A stretch of DNA of 64,000 nucleotides from Armatimonadota bacterium (GCA_041690135.1 JAWLHY010000006.1:294337-358336); one strand, 5' to 3'. Positions 11,083 through 21,639 are shown, counted from the stretch's first letter. Translations and numbers: made by a program. The notes: a model not told the origin generated them from the sequence alone.

Positions 11083-12213
11083 TTAATCCGGCTTTGGATC
11101 GGCGCGGTAGACCGCGAATCGGCCGTCTGCCAGGTAGGCCCCGAAAGCGACCTGCCCACCGTTGTTGAACGCCTCGCGTCCCGCGAATACCAGGTCCACC
11201 ACGGTGGAGCCATCCAGAGGATCTCCGGTGCGAATCACCGGGGTCAACACCTCACCCGTAGCCACGAAGATACTCTCCGAAAGTGCCTCCCCGTCCGGAT
11301 CGAGGCCGGCTAGAAAGGCGACCTGGCCACTGTCGTTGATCGCGGGTGGTTCGAACGTATCCAGCGGACCGGTATCGTCGGCCACGCGGCGCAGGCCCTT
11401 CTCGTCCCCCGCGAAGAGGACTTCGTTATCCGGAGCGCTGTCGAGCAACGCGACAAAGGCCACTTCCCCATTTTCGTTCAATGCAACCTCTCCGGAGACG
11501 CCCAGTCCGCCCGAGGCGCCGGGATACTCCGCGATCTGCGTAAATGCCCCGTCCTGCCAGCGGAACACCGCCTCGCTGCCTTTGCCGTACCACGCGGCGA
11601 ATGCCACCTGCCCCCGGTCGTTGATGGCGGGCTTGGGGTTACCGTTGATCAGGCCCTGCGACGCCCGGTATACCGTCGTGATTGCTCGCCCCTTCCCGAC
11701 GAAGAGGCCTTCGTCACCATTATCCAGATCCGCGCCAAAGGCGACCTGCCCCTGGGTGTTCACCTGGAGACCGAAAGTAAAGAACTCGAATGGATTACGC
11801 CGTGTGGAGGCCACTCGGGTGAGCCCACCGCCGCGGCCCCGCAAAATTTCCTCGTAATTCCCCAGCGAGGCCGGGAACGCCACGTCGCCACGATCATTGA
11901 TCGATAGGTCCCCAATTCCGTTGGGGAAGACTCTTCGCGCGATCACCCTTCGCCTGACACCGTCCGTCCGGACAATGGTGGTCAGCGTACGGACCCTCCC
12001 ATTTCCAAGCTCGCGTGTGGTCGTCAGGTAGGTGGCAGCCTGGCCCTGGTTATTCAGTACGGGATAACCGATGGACACATTTTCCGTTTCGCTCTGGGCA
12101 AGCCTGACAAACGTATAAGTCGGAGCTTCTCCCGTCTTGGCCGGACGTACGGACCCCACCATGGCAAGGGCCATGGGAAACACCAAGAATGTCGCTCGAC
12201 GGACCAGGATCAT
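11083..12213 (-). CDS. Secreted NxxGxVAF tandem-repeat (choice-of-anchor type) beta-propeller protein
   Basis: Signal peptide and seven repeats such as INDRGDVAF, VNTQGQVAF, LNENGEVAF, INDSGQVAF. Confidence 0.85.
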   Translation of the reverse strand: MILVRRATFLVFPMALAMVGSVRPAKTGEAPTYTFVRLAQSETENVSIGYPVLNNQGQAATYLTTTRELGNGRVRTLTTIVRTDGVRRRVIARRVFPNGIGDLSINDRGDVAFPASLGNYEEILRGRGGGLTRVASTRRNPFEFFTFGLQVNTQGQVAFGADLDNGDEGLFVGKGRAITTVYRASQGLINGNPKPAINDRGQVAFAAWYGKGSEAVFRWQDGAFTQIAEYPGASGGLGVSGEVALNENGEVAFVALLDSAPDNEVLFAGDEKGLRRVADDTGPLDTFEPPAINDSGQVAFLAGLDPDGEALSESIFVATGEVLTPVIRTGDPLDGSTVVDLVFAGREAFNNGGQVAFGAYLADGRFAVYRADPKPD

Positions 12214-12627
12214 GGCTGCCTCTCTCCGTAACAGGTGCATGGATACAGGCACGATTAGTTCAGCAAAGCGCACTCTCCTGTGTGATTGTGCGGTTTGACT
12301 GCCCCGGGAACCCACGTGCGGAGCGGTGAGCGCAACACCTCTGTCAAGGGGGAGGCAGCCCTGGCATCCGGCCGTACAAAGCGTGTCCTGGACCCGGCTC
12401 CGTTGTAAGCGGATAGCGTACCACCGACGACCAGCAGCTCCACCTCCAGCCGCCCGACCCGAAGCAGGCGGTGGTCGTCACCGCTCCGAATTAAGAGGAA
12501 ACCGGCTCGGATCCAATCGGGGATCGGACAGGATAGGTCCGCTCCCCCGCCGAAGCTGGGACTTTGGGCCCAGGATGACGAAGTACCGGGCCGTTTATAA
12601 CAGTTAGCGTCAGGAGGGACCCCACGG

Positions 12628-13464
12628 GTGGCAAGGCAGAACCGAGAAGAGATCCTGGCCCGGCTCCGGGACAAGGCGGCGAGCGGTGAGGTGATCGTCG
12701 GCGGCGGCGCGGGCACCGGCATCAGCGCCAAGTGCGAGGAAGCGGGCGGCATCGACCTCATCGTCATCTACAACTCCGGCCGGTACCGCATGGCTGGCCG
12801 GGGCTCCCTCACGGGCATGATGCCCTACGGGAACGCCAACCAGATCGTGAAAGAGATGGCCTATGAGGTACTCACGGCGGTGAAGCACACCCCCGTGCTG
12901 GCCGGGGTCTGCGCCACGGACCCGTTCATGATCCAGGACAAATTCCTGCGGGACCTCCGGGAGATGGGCTTCGCGGGCATCCAGAACTTCCCCACGGTCG
13001 GCCTGATCGACGGCACCTTCCGCGCGAACCTGGAGGAGACCGGCATGGGCTATGCCCTGGAGGTAGAGTGCATCGCCGCGGCCCGGCGCCTGGACCTGCT
13101 CACCACCCCCTACGTCTTCGATCCCCAGCAAGCCCGCGACATGACAGAGGCCGGCGCGGACATCCTGGTGGCCCACATGGGTCTCACCACTTCGGGAAGC
13201 ATCGGCGCGCAGACGGCAAAGACGCTGGATGAGTGCGTGGTCGCCATCAACGAAATCGAGGCTGCGGCCCGGAGCGTGCGGCGCGACATCCTGGTGCTGT
13301 GCCACGGCGGCCCCATCGCCGAGCCGGAGGACGCCGCCTACGTGCTGGAGCGGTGCCCGGGGGTGTGCGGATTCTACGGCGCCAGTTCCATGGAACGCCT
13401 GCCGGCGGAACGGGCCATCACCGAACAGACCCGCAGCTTCACCCGGATCCGGCGTGGCAAGTAG
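12628..13464 (+). CDS. Phosphoenolpyruvate hydrolase-like / TIM-barrel signal transduction protein
   Basis: [37 protein letters not shown] and [11 protein letters not shown] family signatures. GTG start with GGAGG RBS. Confidence 0.92.
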   Translation: MARQNREEILARLRDKAASGEVIVGGGAGTGISAKCEEAGGIDLIVIYNSGRYRMAGRGSLTGMMPYGNANQIVKEMAYEVLTAVKHTPVLAGVCATDPFMIQDKFLRDLREMGFAGIQNFPTVGLIDGTFRANLEETGMGYALEVECIAAARRLDLLTTPYVFDPQQARDMTEAGADILVAHMGLTTSGSIGAQTAKTLDECVVAINEIEAAARSVRRDILVLCHGGPIAEPEDAAYVLERCPGVCGFYGASSMERLPAERAITEQTRSFTRIRRGK

Positions 13465-13494
13465 CCGTGTGAGGCGCGAGGGAGAAGAACGGAA

Positions 13495-14712
13495 ATGCCG
13501 AAGACCATCGCATTGATCGGCGCCCTGGACACCAAGGGGGCGGAGTACCGGTTCGTCCGGGACTGCATCGAGGCCCGCGGGCATCGCACGCTGCTCATCG
13601 ACGTCGGCGTTCTGGAACAGACGGACCTGGCCCCCGACGTCTCCCGTGAAGAAGTGGCCCAGGCCGCGGGCGCGGATCTCGCCGCCCTGGCTGAGAATCG
13701 GGACCGCGGCGAGGCCGTGGCGGCCATGAGCCGGGGAGCGGCGGTGGTGCTCCCGCGGCTGTACGCCGAGGGACACTTCGACGGCATCCTCGCGCTAGGC
13801 GGCTCCGGCGGCACCTCGGTGGCCTGTGCCGGTATGCGCTCGCTGCCGCTCGGCGTGCCCAAGGTCATGGTCTCCACCGTGGCCGGCGGCGACGTCTCCG
13901 GGTACGTCGGCGTCCAGGATATCGTCATGATCCCGGCGATCGTGGATGTGGCGGGGCTCAACCGGATCAGCCGCGGCGTTTTCGCTCGCGCCGCGGGAGC
14001 CGTCTGCGGGATGGTGGAAACGGACGTCCCCACGGCGCAGGACCGCCCACTCATCGCCGCCTCGATGTTCGGCAACACCACGCCGGCCGTGGAGCGAGCC
14101 CGCGCCCTCCTGGAAGAGAACGGGTACGAGGTGCTCGTCTTCCACTGCACCGGAACCGGGGGCCGGACCATGGAAGCGCTTATCGACTCCGGGCAGATCG
14201 CGGGCGTTCTCGATCTCACCACTACCGAATGGGCCGACGAGCTGGTGGGCGGCGTCTTTTCGGCGGGACCGTCCCGCCTCGAGGCGGCGGCGCGGCGCGG
14301 CGTGCCGGCGGTGGTTGCGCCGGGCTGCCTCGACATGGTCAACTTCTGGGCGCCGGATACGGTCCCCGCGAGGTTCACGGGCCGGACCTTCTACCCGCAC
14401 AACCCCAACGTGACCCTGATGCGGACCGACGTGGAAGAGAACCGCCGGCTGGGCGAGATCCTGGCCGGAAAGCTGAATGCCGGCTCCGGCCCCACCACCG
14501 TGCTCCTCCCCACTCGCGGCCTCAGTATGATCGATGCTCCCGGTGGGCCCTTCTGGTACCCCGAGGCGGATGGAGCCCTCTTCGAGAGCCTGAAATCCCA
14601 CCTGGAGCCCCACGTCTCCGTCATTGAGCTGGACTGCAACATCAACGATCCCCTCTTCGCGGAAACCAGTACGCGTGCTTTGCTGGATCAGATGTCGAAA
14701 GGGAGCGGGTAG
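13495..14712 (+). CDS. Tm-1-like ATP-binding domain protein (UPF0261)
   Basis: LDTKGAE, LGGSGGT, LPLGVPKVMVSTVA, SMFGNTTP, FHCTGTGGRTME and HNPNVTLMRT motifs. Confidence 0.92.
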   Translation: MPKTIALIGALDTKGAEYRFVRDCIEARGHRTLLIDVGVLEQTDLAPDVSREEVAQAAGADLAALAENRDRGEAVAAMSRGAAVVLPRLYAEGHFDGILALGGSGGTSVACAGMRSLPLGVPKVMVSTVAGGDVSGYVGVQDIVMIPAIVDVAGLNRISRGVFARAAGAVCGMVETDVPTAQDRPLIAASMFGNTTPAVERARALLEENGYEVLVFHCTGTGGRTMEALIDSGQIAGVLDLTTTEWADELVGGVFSAGPSRLEAAARRGVPAVVAPGCLDMVNFWAPDTVPARFTGRTFYPHNPNVTLMRTDVEENRRLGEILAGKLNAGSGPTTVLLPTRGLSMIDAPGGPFWYPEADGALFESLKSHLEPHVSVIELDCNINDPLFAETSTRALLDQMSKGSG

Positions 14713-14771
14713 AGGCGACTACTCAGCGGAGGTCACTCTCGACCGCCAGAATTTCCTACCGGAGAAACCCC

Positions 14772-15272
14772 ATGAAACTGAGTCGAAGCATCACCCCCTG
14801 CCTCTGGTTCGATGGCCGCGCCGAGGAAGCCGCCGCGTTCTACACCGGCATCTTCAGCAACTCCCGCATTGTCGCGGTCTCGCGGTTCAGCGAGGTCGGC
14901 AAGGAGTTCCATCAGCAGCCCGCCGGCGCGGTGATGACCGTCGTGTTCGAACTGGACGGGCAAGAGTTCACCGCTCTGAACGGCGGGCCCATGTTCCAGT
15001 TCACCGAGGCGATCTCGTTCCAGGTCCACTGCGACACCCAGGCAGAGCTGGACTACTTCTGGGAGAAGCTCTCCGAGGGCGGAGACCCGCGGGCCCAGCA
15101 ATGCGGCTGGCTCAAGGACCGGTTCGGCGTCTCCTGGCAGATCGTGCCCACGATCGTGGCGGAACTCTTCAAAAACCACGAGTCCGAAGGCTACCAGCGC
15201 GCCGCCGCGGCCATGTTCCAGATGCAAAAACTCGACATCGAGACACTGAAGCGCGCCTACGAAGGCGCTTGA
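14772..15272 (+). CDS. VOC family protein (PhnB / 3-demethylubiquinone-9 3-methyltransferase-like)
   Basis: ITPCLWFD..AEEAA.FY, ALNGGP.FQFTEAISF and CGWLKDRFGVSWQIVP motifs. Confidence 0.93.
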   Translation: MKLSRSITPCLWFDGRAEEAAAFYTGIFSNSRIVAVSRFSEVGKEFHQQPAGAVMTVVFELDGQEFTALNGGPMFQFTEAISFQVHCDTQAELDYFWEKLSEGGDPRAQQCGWLKDRFGVSWQIVPTIVAELFKNHESEGYQRAAAAMFQMQKLDIETLKRAYEGA

Positions 15273-15343
15273 CAAAGATACCTACCGTTCAATTAGGCGC
15301 CTGTTCCGCGAATGTGTTCGACCTGTTGGGTGCGGATGTCGGT

Positions 15344-15398
15344 TTCCCAGCCGACGTAGGTCGGCTTCGCCATTTGTAGCCGCGAGTTCACTCGCCCA
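15344..15398 (+). repeat. REP-like double-hairpin element, copy 2 (inverted relative to 3938-3992)
   Basis: TTCCCAGCCGACGTAGGTCGGCTTCGCCATTTGTAGCCGCGAGTTCACTCGCCCA. Confidence 0.8.
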
Positions 15399-15487
15399 GC
15401 CGCACATGGCCGAGTCCAAAGGTACGTCTCATTCCTCATACCCCATCAACCTGCGGACTTGGGGATCGGCCCAAAGGAAAACTGCTC

Positions 15488-18400
15488 ATGAACCGGCAAT
15501 GGTGCCTGTTGTTCCTGTTCGCGGTGACGTGCGCGGCCTCCGCGGAGGCCGCGGTCCCGCCGCCCCGGCGCGACCTGGCGGAGGTCCGAGCCGTACTGGC
15601 CCGGGCCCCGCGGGTCCCGGTTCCGTCCGAGCTGCGCCCGCTCCGCGTGCTCCTGGTGGCCAACCGGAAGGACCACGGTCCGCACGAGCACGATTACCCC
15701 CGCTGGATGGAGCGGTGGAAAGTTTTGCTGGGAGGTGCGGGGAGCGGCAAGGGAACCGGAACCACGCCGGTGACCCTCTACGGCCCCACCTCCGACCTGT
15801 CGCGAAGTCCGCGACCGGGGGCCGCCCGGGTGACCGTGGAAACGGCGCGGGATTGGCCTACCGCCGAGCAACTCCGGCGCGCGGACCTCGTCGTCGCGTT
15901 CATGGGCACCGGCGGCATCTGGAACGAAGTCAAGCTCCGGGACCTGAAGGCGCTGCTCGACCGCGGCGCCGGGTTCGTCGCCCTCCACGCCGCCGTCATC
16001 GCGGAGAAGCCGCACGCCCGGCCGCTGGCGGAGCTGCTGGGCCTCGCCTGGGAGGGCGGCACCACCTTCTTCCGCCACGGCGCGCTGGACCTGAAGATTG
16101 CCGCGCCGGACCATCCCATCACGCGTGGGCTGCCCGAGCGGATCTACTTCGAGGACGAAAGCTACTGGCCGCTGGTGGGCGACGCCACGCGCGTCAACGT
16201 CCTGGCCACGGCCGAGGAGACGGCTCCGGGGACCGGACGGCTCCAGCCACAGCCGATGTTCTGGACCCATACGGTCGGCAAGGGGCGCGTCTTCAATTCC
16301 ATCCTGGGACATTACTCGTGGACCTTCGATGATCCGTACTTCCGGATTCTGGTCCTGCGGGGAATGGCCTGGGCCGCCGGGGAGTCCCCCTACCGCTTCG
16401 ACCCACTGGTACTCTCGGGGGCACGCACCACGGAAAAGAAACCCGTCGCAACCGAGGAGAAGCCGGCGACGGCGGCCCCCCTCGCGCCCGACGCCGCGGA
16501 CCCGAACCTTCTGCTCTGGCTCGATGCCTCGGACCGGGTCACGATGACCACCGGACCCAACGGCCGGGTCTCCGCCTGGAAGAGCAAGGCCACTCGCGTG
16601 CGGGCCACCCTCTCCACGGAAGGGCAGCACCAACCCCTCGCCGTGCCCCAGGCGTTGGGCGGCCGGCCCACCGTGCGGTTCGATGGTGTGGATGACGTGC
16701 TCCGTGAGAAGGCGTTCCGGCAGGCCGCCGGGGAGTGGACCGTCGCGCTGGTGGTCACCCCCCAATCTAACGCGGGAACTTTCCGGGCGCTGCTGGCGGC
16801 CAACCAGCCGGGGAAGGACGACTTCCAGACCGGTTTCAACATTGACTTCGGTGCCGGCGGCACCGGCGCTTTCAACACCCTCAACCTGGAGGGAATCAAG
16901 GGCGGAGGCGCCACCAATCTCCGTACGGATTCGGCACCGTTCGGGAGCGGCCACGTCCTGGTGCTCAGCACGGGCAGCGGCGGGAGCCGGCTTTGGGTGA
17001 ACGGTCACCAGGAGGAAGGCCGGGGCGCGTCGGATGCCGTTACGGTGATGGAGGAGTTGCGCCTGGGCGGACGGTTCTACTTCGGCCGGGAGACGGGCTA
17101 TTTCCACGGCGATGTCTCGGAGGTACTGATCTACCGGACACAGCTCACGGACGCCCAGCGCTCCGGACTCACCGCGCACCTGATGCAGAAGTACGGGCCG
17201 GATATCCGTCCGCCAGCCGTGGTTTCCCTGGATCCATGGGATTACCTGCCGACCTACGATTGGGGGTCCACCCGTCGTCCTCTGGCCCCCATTGACGAGG
17301 CCATCGCCCGGGTCCAGAAGGACTCGCGCACCCGCAAGGCGTTGGAGGCCCGACTGCTGGAAGTGTTGGCTGACCCCGCCAACACGGCGGCTTCCCGCGA
17401 CTTCGCGTGTAGGCGCCTGGCGATCATCGGGTCACCCGCGAGCGTACCGGTTCTGGCCGCCCTGCTCGGAGATCCCACGCTCGCCACGATGGCCTGCTTC
17501 GCCCTGGAGCGGATTCCCGGCGATAAAGCGGAACGGGTGCTGGTGGAGGCGTTGCCCCGCATGCCGGCGCGCCACCGGATCGAAGTGATCCAGGTCCTGG
17601 CGAACCGCCGGAGTCGGCGAGCCGTCCCGCACCTGGCCCGAGTTCTGCAACACCCCGATGCCGGCGTCCGCGGCGCCGCCGTCGCCGCGCTGGGGAATAT
17701 CGGAGGCACAGCGGCACTCACGGCTCTCACCACCGCGTTCGAGCAAGGAGCGTCGGCCGACCGGACGGTTCTGGCTGGCGCCCTGCTGCTGTGCGCGGAG
17801 CGATCCCAGGCGGAAGGACGCCAGGCGGAGGCCGACGCTCTCTATGAGCGCCTCCGGAAGGCGGACCTACCTCCCCACCTTCGCCGCTCGGCGGCTCGAG
17901 CATTGATCCTACTCCGGGGCGCCGAGGCGGCCCCGCTCCTGGTGGAGCAACTCCGAAGCGGCGACGAGCCCACGCGGACCGCCGCCCTGCTCCTGGTTCG
18001 GGAGGCGGGCGGGTCCTCCGGCACGCGCGGGGGCTGGATCGTCCCCGCGGTGGCTTCAGCTCTCGCCGGTCTTCCGCCGGAGGTCCAGGTCCCGACTCTC
18101 GGCGCCCTGGCCGACCGGGGCGATCCGGACGCAGCGCCTGCGGTCCGGACAGCTCTGCGGAGCAGCGTACCTGAAGTCCGTCTTGCGGCCCTGCGGGCTC
18201 TTGGGCGACTGGGAGATGTCTCGGACATTCCGGTACTGCTGGCTACGGCTGCCGCGGATATTCGGGATCAGACCGCCGCGGCCCGTGCCAGCCTGGCCGC
18301 CCTGTCGGGAAACGGGGTCGATGCGGCACTTCTCCGTGCGCTCGAGCAGGGAGAGCTAGCCGTCCGGGCTGCTGCCATCGAAGCACTCGGACGCCGCGGC

Positions 18401-19219
18401 CATGCCCCGGCCGCCCGGGTCCTGGTGCGTATCGCCCGGGGCACCGAACCCGCACTGCGGCAGGCCGCCATCCCGGCCCTCGGGGAAACGGCCACCGCCG
18501 CCGAGATTCCGGCACTGGTGGAAATACTGTCCCAGTCGCGCGACCCGGGCGAAATGCAGGCGGTGGAAAAGACGCTGACGACGGTCTATCAGCGGACCTC
18601 GGATAAGGAACAGTGGGTTGAAGCACTCCTGACGCGTCTCGGCGAAACGTCCGGGGAAGCAAAGTTGGCCCTCCTCCGCACCCTGAGCCTGCACGGCGGT
18701 CCGAAAGCGCTTCAGGCTCTCCGGATTGCCCTCCGCGACACCGACACCGATGTGCAGGAAGAGGCCCTGGATTTGCTGGCCGGCTGGGAAACCCCTGACG
18801 CCGCCGCGGATCTCCTCGAGGTGGTGCGGACCTCCACCAACCGGGTCCACCGCACGCTCGCCCTGCGAGCCTATATTCGGATGGCCGGGATGACTACACT
18901 GACCCCGGCGCAGCGGCTGGCCATGGGCCGAGAAGGACTGCGACAGGCCCAGCGAGATGACGAGCGCCGCCTCGCGCTGGCGACACTGGCGGGCATCCCC
19001 ACGGCAGACGCCCTGCAAACGGTTCTTCCGTTTATCGAGCAGGAGGGCCTGTCGGAAGAGGCGGGTGCGGCAGCCGTGGCCATCGCGCAGAAGCTGCTTC
19101 CGGGCCAACCGGCGGCGGTCCGCGAAGCCATGGACCGGGTCCGCCGGCACCTGAAAAACGTGGAGCTCCTCCGCCAGGCGGCGGAGCTCCACACGCGGGC
19201 CGAGCAGGCGGGGAGATGA
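15488..19219 (+). CDS. Secreted multidomain protein: ThuA-like + LamG-like + HEAT (PBS-lyase) repeats
   Basis: ThuA motifs (KDHGPHEHDYP, HPITRGLP..DESYW, GRVFNSILGH), LamG (LLWLDAS...PTVRFDGVDD...FHGDVSEVLIY) and HEAT repeats (VRLAALRALGRLG). Confidence 0.85.
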   Translation: MNRQWCLLFLFAVTCAASAEAAVPPPRRDLAEVRAVLARAPRVPVPSELRPLRVLLVANRKDHGPHEHDYPRWMERWKVLLGGAGSGKGTGTTPVTLYGPTSDLSRSPRPGAARVTVETARDWPTAEQLRRADLVVAFMGTGGIWNEVKLRDLKALLDRGAGFVALHAAVIAEKPHARPLAELLGLAWEGGTTFFRHGALDLKIAAPDHPITRGLPERIYFEDESYWPLVGDATRVNVLATAEETAPGTGRLQPQPMFWTHTVGKGRVFNSILGHYSWTFDDPYFRILVLRGMAWAAGESPYRFDPLVLSGARTTEKKPVATEEKPATAAPLAPDAADPNLLLWLDASDRVTMTTGPNGRVSAWKSKATRVRATLSTEGQHQPLAVPQALGGRPTVRFDGVDDVLREKAFRQAAGEWTVALVVTPQSNAGTFRALLAANQPGKDDFQTGFNIDFGAGGTGAFNTLNLEGIKGGGATNLRTDSAPFGSGHVLVLSTGSGGSRLWVNGHQEEGRGASDAVTVMEELRLGGRFYFGRETGYFHGDVSEVLIYRTQLTDAQRSGLTAHLMQKYGPDIRPPAVVSLDPWDYLPTYDWGSTRRPLAPIDEAIARVQKDSRTRKALEARLLEVLADPANTAASRDFACRRLAIIGSPASVPVLAALLGDPTLATMACFALERIPGDKAERVLVEALPRMPARHRIEVIQVLANRRSRRAVPHLARVLQHPDAGVRGAAVAALGNIGGTAALTALTTAFEQGASADRTVLAGALLLCAERSQAEGRQAEADALYERLRKADLPPHLRRSAARALILLRGAEAAPLLVEQLRSGDEPTRTAALLLVREAGGSSGTRGGWIVPAVASALAGLPPEVQVPTLGALADRGDPDAAPAVRTALRSSVPEVRLAALRALGRLGDVSDIPVLLATAAADIRDQTAAARASLAALSGNGVDAALLRALEQGELAVRAAAIEALGRRGHAPAARVLVRIARGTEPALRQAAIPALGETATAAEIPALVEILSQSRDPGEMQAVEKTLTTVYQRTSDKEQWVEALLTRLGETSGEAKLALLRTLSLHGGPKALQALRIALRDTDTDVQEEALDLLAGWETPDAAADLLEVVRTSTNRVHRTLALRAYIRMAGMTTLTPAQRLAMGREGLRQAQRDDERRLALATLAGIPTADALQTVLPFIEQEGLSEEAGAAAVAIAQKLLPGQPAAVREAMDRVRRHLKNVELLRQAAELHTRAEQAGR

Positions 19220-20550
19220 CCATGGGAGAAAAGGCTATCACCACCCGGAGAGGGTTTCTCACGCAGGCCTGTGGGGCCGGAGCCGCGCTGGCGATCCCCA
19301 CCATCATCCCGGCGCGCGCGCTGGGCCGGGACGGGCACACAGCCCCCAGTAACCGGATCAACATGGCGGCCCTGGGCCTGGGGTTTGCCTGGCAGATGTT
19401 CCTGCGAGAGGACGTGCAATACGTGGCCGTTTGCGACGTCCAGAAGGGACGTCGGGACGCCGCGAAGGCCCACGTGGAAGAGAAGCAGGGCCAGGGCAGT
19501 TGCACGGCTGTCAACGACTTCCGGGAAGCGCTCTCCCGCCCGGACGTGGACGCCGTCTATATCGCCACTCCGGACCACTGGCACGCCGCCATGATCGGCG
19601 CGGCGGCGCGGGCCGGCAAGCACGTCTATTGCCAGAAGCCACTCACCCGGACCATCGCCGAAGGCCAGGCCGCGGTCGAGGCCGTCCGGCGCCACGGCAT
19701 CGTCTTCCAACACGGCACGCAGCAGCGCCACGACGAGCGCATGCTCTTCGGCTGCGAACTGGTGCGCAATGGGTACATCGGCAAACTCCGGCACGTCAAG
19801 ATCGGCAGCCCGTCCGGCGCGACCTGCCCGCCGCAGTCCCCGCAGCCGGTACCGGCCGGCCTCGACTGGGATATGTGGCTCGGTCCTGCCCCCTGGGCGC
19901 CGTTCACCCCGCTGCGCATCGCCTCCCACCCCTGGTACCACATCTCCGATTACAGCCTGGGCTACATCGCCGGCTGGGGCGTGCACCACTGCGACAGCGC
20001 CATGCAGGGCTCCGGCCTCGACGACTACACCGGGACCGTGGAAGTGGATGCGAAGGGGATCTTCCCCGCGGACGGGCTCTTCGACAATCCCCATCGCTGG
20101 CAGATGCACTTCCGTTTCCCCGGCGGCCTCACCTGGCACTGGACCGACTGTCCCGGAGACGGCTTCGGCTCCCGGGCGGAGGGCGACTGGCCGCAGCACC
20201 GCATGGGCGTCACTTTCGAGGGGACGGAGGGCCGGGTGTTTATCTGGCGCAACCAGGTCGAGGCGGAACCGGCAAACCTCCTCCAGGTCCGCATTGGGCC
20301 TCAGGACCGGGTCCGCCTACGGGAAAACCTGCCTGGCGACTTCATCGACTGCATCCGCCAGGGGCGCCGGACGTGCGCCCCCGTGGAAGTGGCGCACCGC
20401 TCCACCACGCTTTGCGCCATTGCCGCCATCGGGATGCAGCTTCGTCGCAAGGTCACCTGGGACGGAAAACGCGAGCAGTTCGTGGGTGACGAAGAGGCCA
20501 ACCGCCTCCGCGCCCGCCATGCGCGCAATTCATGGAGCAGCAAAGGCTAA
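19216..20550 (+). CDS. Tat-exported Gfo/Idh/MocA family oxidoreductase
   Basis: TRRGFL, APSNRI, DAVYIATPDHWH, GKHVYCQKP and LDWDMWLGPAP motifs. ATGA overlap with the upstream gene. Confidence 0.92.
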   Translation: MTMGEKAITTRRGFLTQACGAGAALAIPTIIPARALGRDGHTAPSNRINMAALGLGFAWQMFLREDVQYVAVCDVQKGRRDAAKAHVEEKQGQGSCTAVNDFREALSRPDVDAVYIATPDHWHAAMIGAAARAGKHVYCQKPLTRTIAEGQAAVEAVRRHGIVFQHGTQQRHDERMLFGCELVRNGYIGKLRHVKIGSPSGATCPPQSPQPVPAGLDWDMWLGPAPWAPFTPLRIASHPWYHISDYSLGYIAGWGVHHCDSAMQGSGLDDYTGTVEVDAKGIFPADGLFDNPHRWQMHFRFPGGLTWHWTDCPGDGFGSRAEGDWPQHRMGVTFEGTEGRVFIWRNQVEAEPANLLQVRIGPQDRVRLRENLPGDFIDCIRQGRRTCAPVEVAHRSTTLCAIAAIGMQLRRKVTWDGKREQFVGDEEANRLRARHARNSWSSKG

Positions 20551-20585
20551 GCGCCGGCTTCGCTTCTGGTGACGGTACCCCGCGG

Positions 20586-21461
20586 CTACCGGAGGGTGAC
20601 CGGGCACTGCACGCGAGCGCCCACCGCACGGCCGATCAACTTGCCCGTGCAGAGGTAGAACACCACGGCCCCAAAAGACAGGAAGCCGAGCGGCACCCCG
20701 ATCACCAGGATCACGAAACCCACGCCCAAACCGAGCCAGGACCCGGTGTCCTCGTCCGCATCGAACGCCGCCACAAGGAGCCCCGTGAGCACCCCCATAG
20801 CGCTGTGGAAGAGCGTGGTCAACACGGCAAGGACCGCAAACGCAATGATCGCGTGCGCCACCCGTGTGGCGAACAATGAGAGCAGGACTGCCCCAATCAA
20901 TGACAAAGCCGTCCACCACAGGCTGTAGACGAAACCCCAGCCAATACCGCGAAGAAACCGCCGTCCCACGGTGGGCGCGCCGTAAGCCTCGGGTACTGAA
21001 CTACGACCCGGCTGCCGGACCGCTGCCGAACGGGGAGCCGTGGTGTGAGCGGATATCGCGGCGGCTCCCTGCGCGGGCGCTGCTGCGGCTGCCGCGGACG
21101 AGCGCTGCATGTAAGACAGCAGGCTTTTCGCGTCTTCGTGGTCGGGTTCGGCCTCGAGTATTCGCCCCAGGCGCCACCGGGCCTGGTCCAGTCGCCCGAC
21201 CTGGAACAGCGCGCAGGCGAGATTGTATTCCACCGCCGGATCACGCGGGCTCAGGACGGCCGCAGTCTCCAGTGACTTCACCGCTGCATCCAGGTTACCT
21301 TGCTGGGCGTGGCAGATTCCGACCAGCGCGTGCACCTGCCCATCCGACGGCATTCGCTGGATGAGCGAGCGCAGGATCGCGAGGGCGTCGTCAAACTGCC
21401 CGGCTTCGATGTGGGCCATCGCGTCCGCTGTCGAGCCGTTCGGGATTGAAATAGCTTCCAT
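20586..21461 (-). CDS. TPR-repeat protein with C-terminal multi-pass membrane domain
   Basis: TPR helices (GQVHALVGICHAQQGNLDAA, VEYNLACALFQVG), an Ala-rich linker and about 4 TM segments. Start uncertain (21461 or 21482). Confidence 0.75.
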   Translation of the reverse strand: MEAISIPNGSTADAMAHIEAGQFDDALAILRSLIQRMPSDGQVHALVGICHAQQGNLDAAVKSLETAAVLSPRDPAVEYNLACALFQVGRLDQARWRLGRILEAEPDHEDAKSLLSYMQRSSAAAAAAPAQGAAAISAHTTAPRSAAVRQPGRSSVPEAYGAPTVGRRFLRGIGWGFVYSLWWTALSLIGAVLLSLFATRVAHAIIAFAVLAVLTTLFHSAMGVLTGLLVAAFDADEDTGSWLGLGVGFVILVIGVPLGFLSFGAVVFYLCTGKLIGRAVGARVQCPVTLR

Positions 21462-21639
21462 GGTTTTATAGCCAAATGGCATGCCGGTGCTCCCCTGAGT
21501 ATCGGCCAGGTTAGCTACCCAGCCCATCATCCGAATGGATGATCGACCGCGGAGCCGGAGCCGCAAGCGGTACAATGGCGAAGGGGTTTGCCGGCGCTGC
21601 GGCCTCTCCATGCGGGGAATGATCGTAGGAGGACTTCTG

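Noticed and set aside
12320-12487. Long-range 10-bp stem GGAGCGGTGA/TCACCGCTCC as ncRNA or MITE ends
   Set aside because: A single short inverted repeat in GC-rich DNA with no second copy or target duplication seen.
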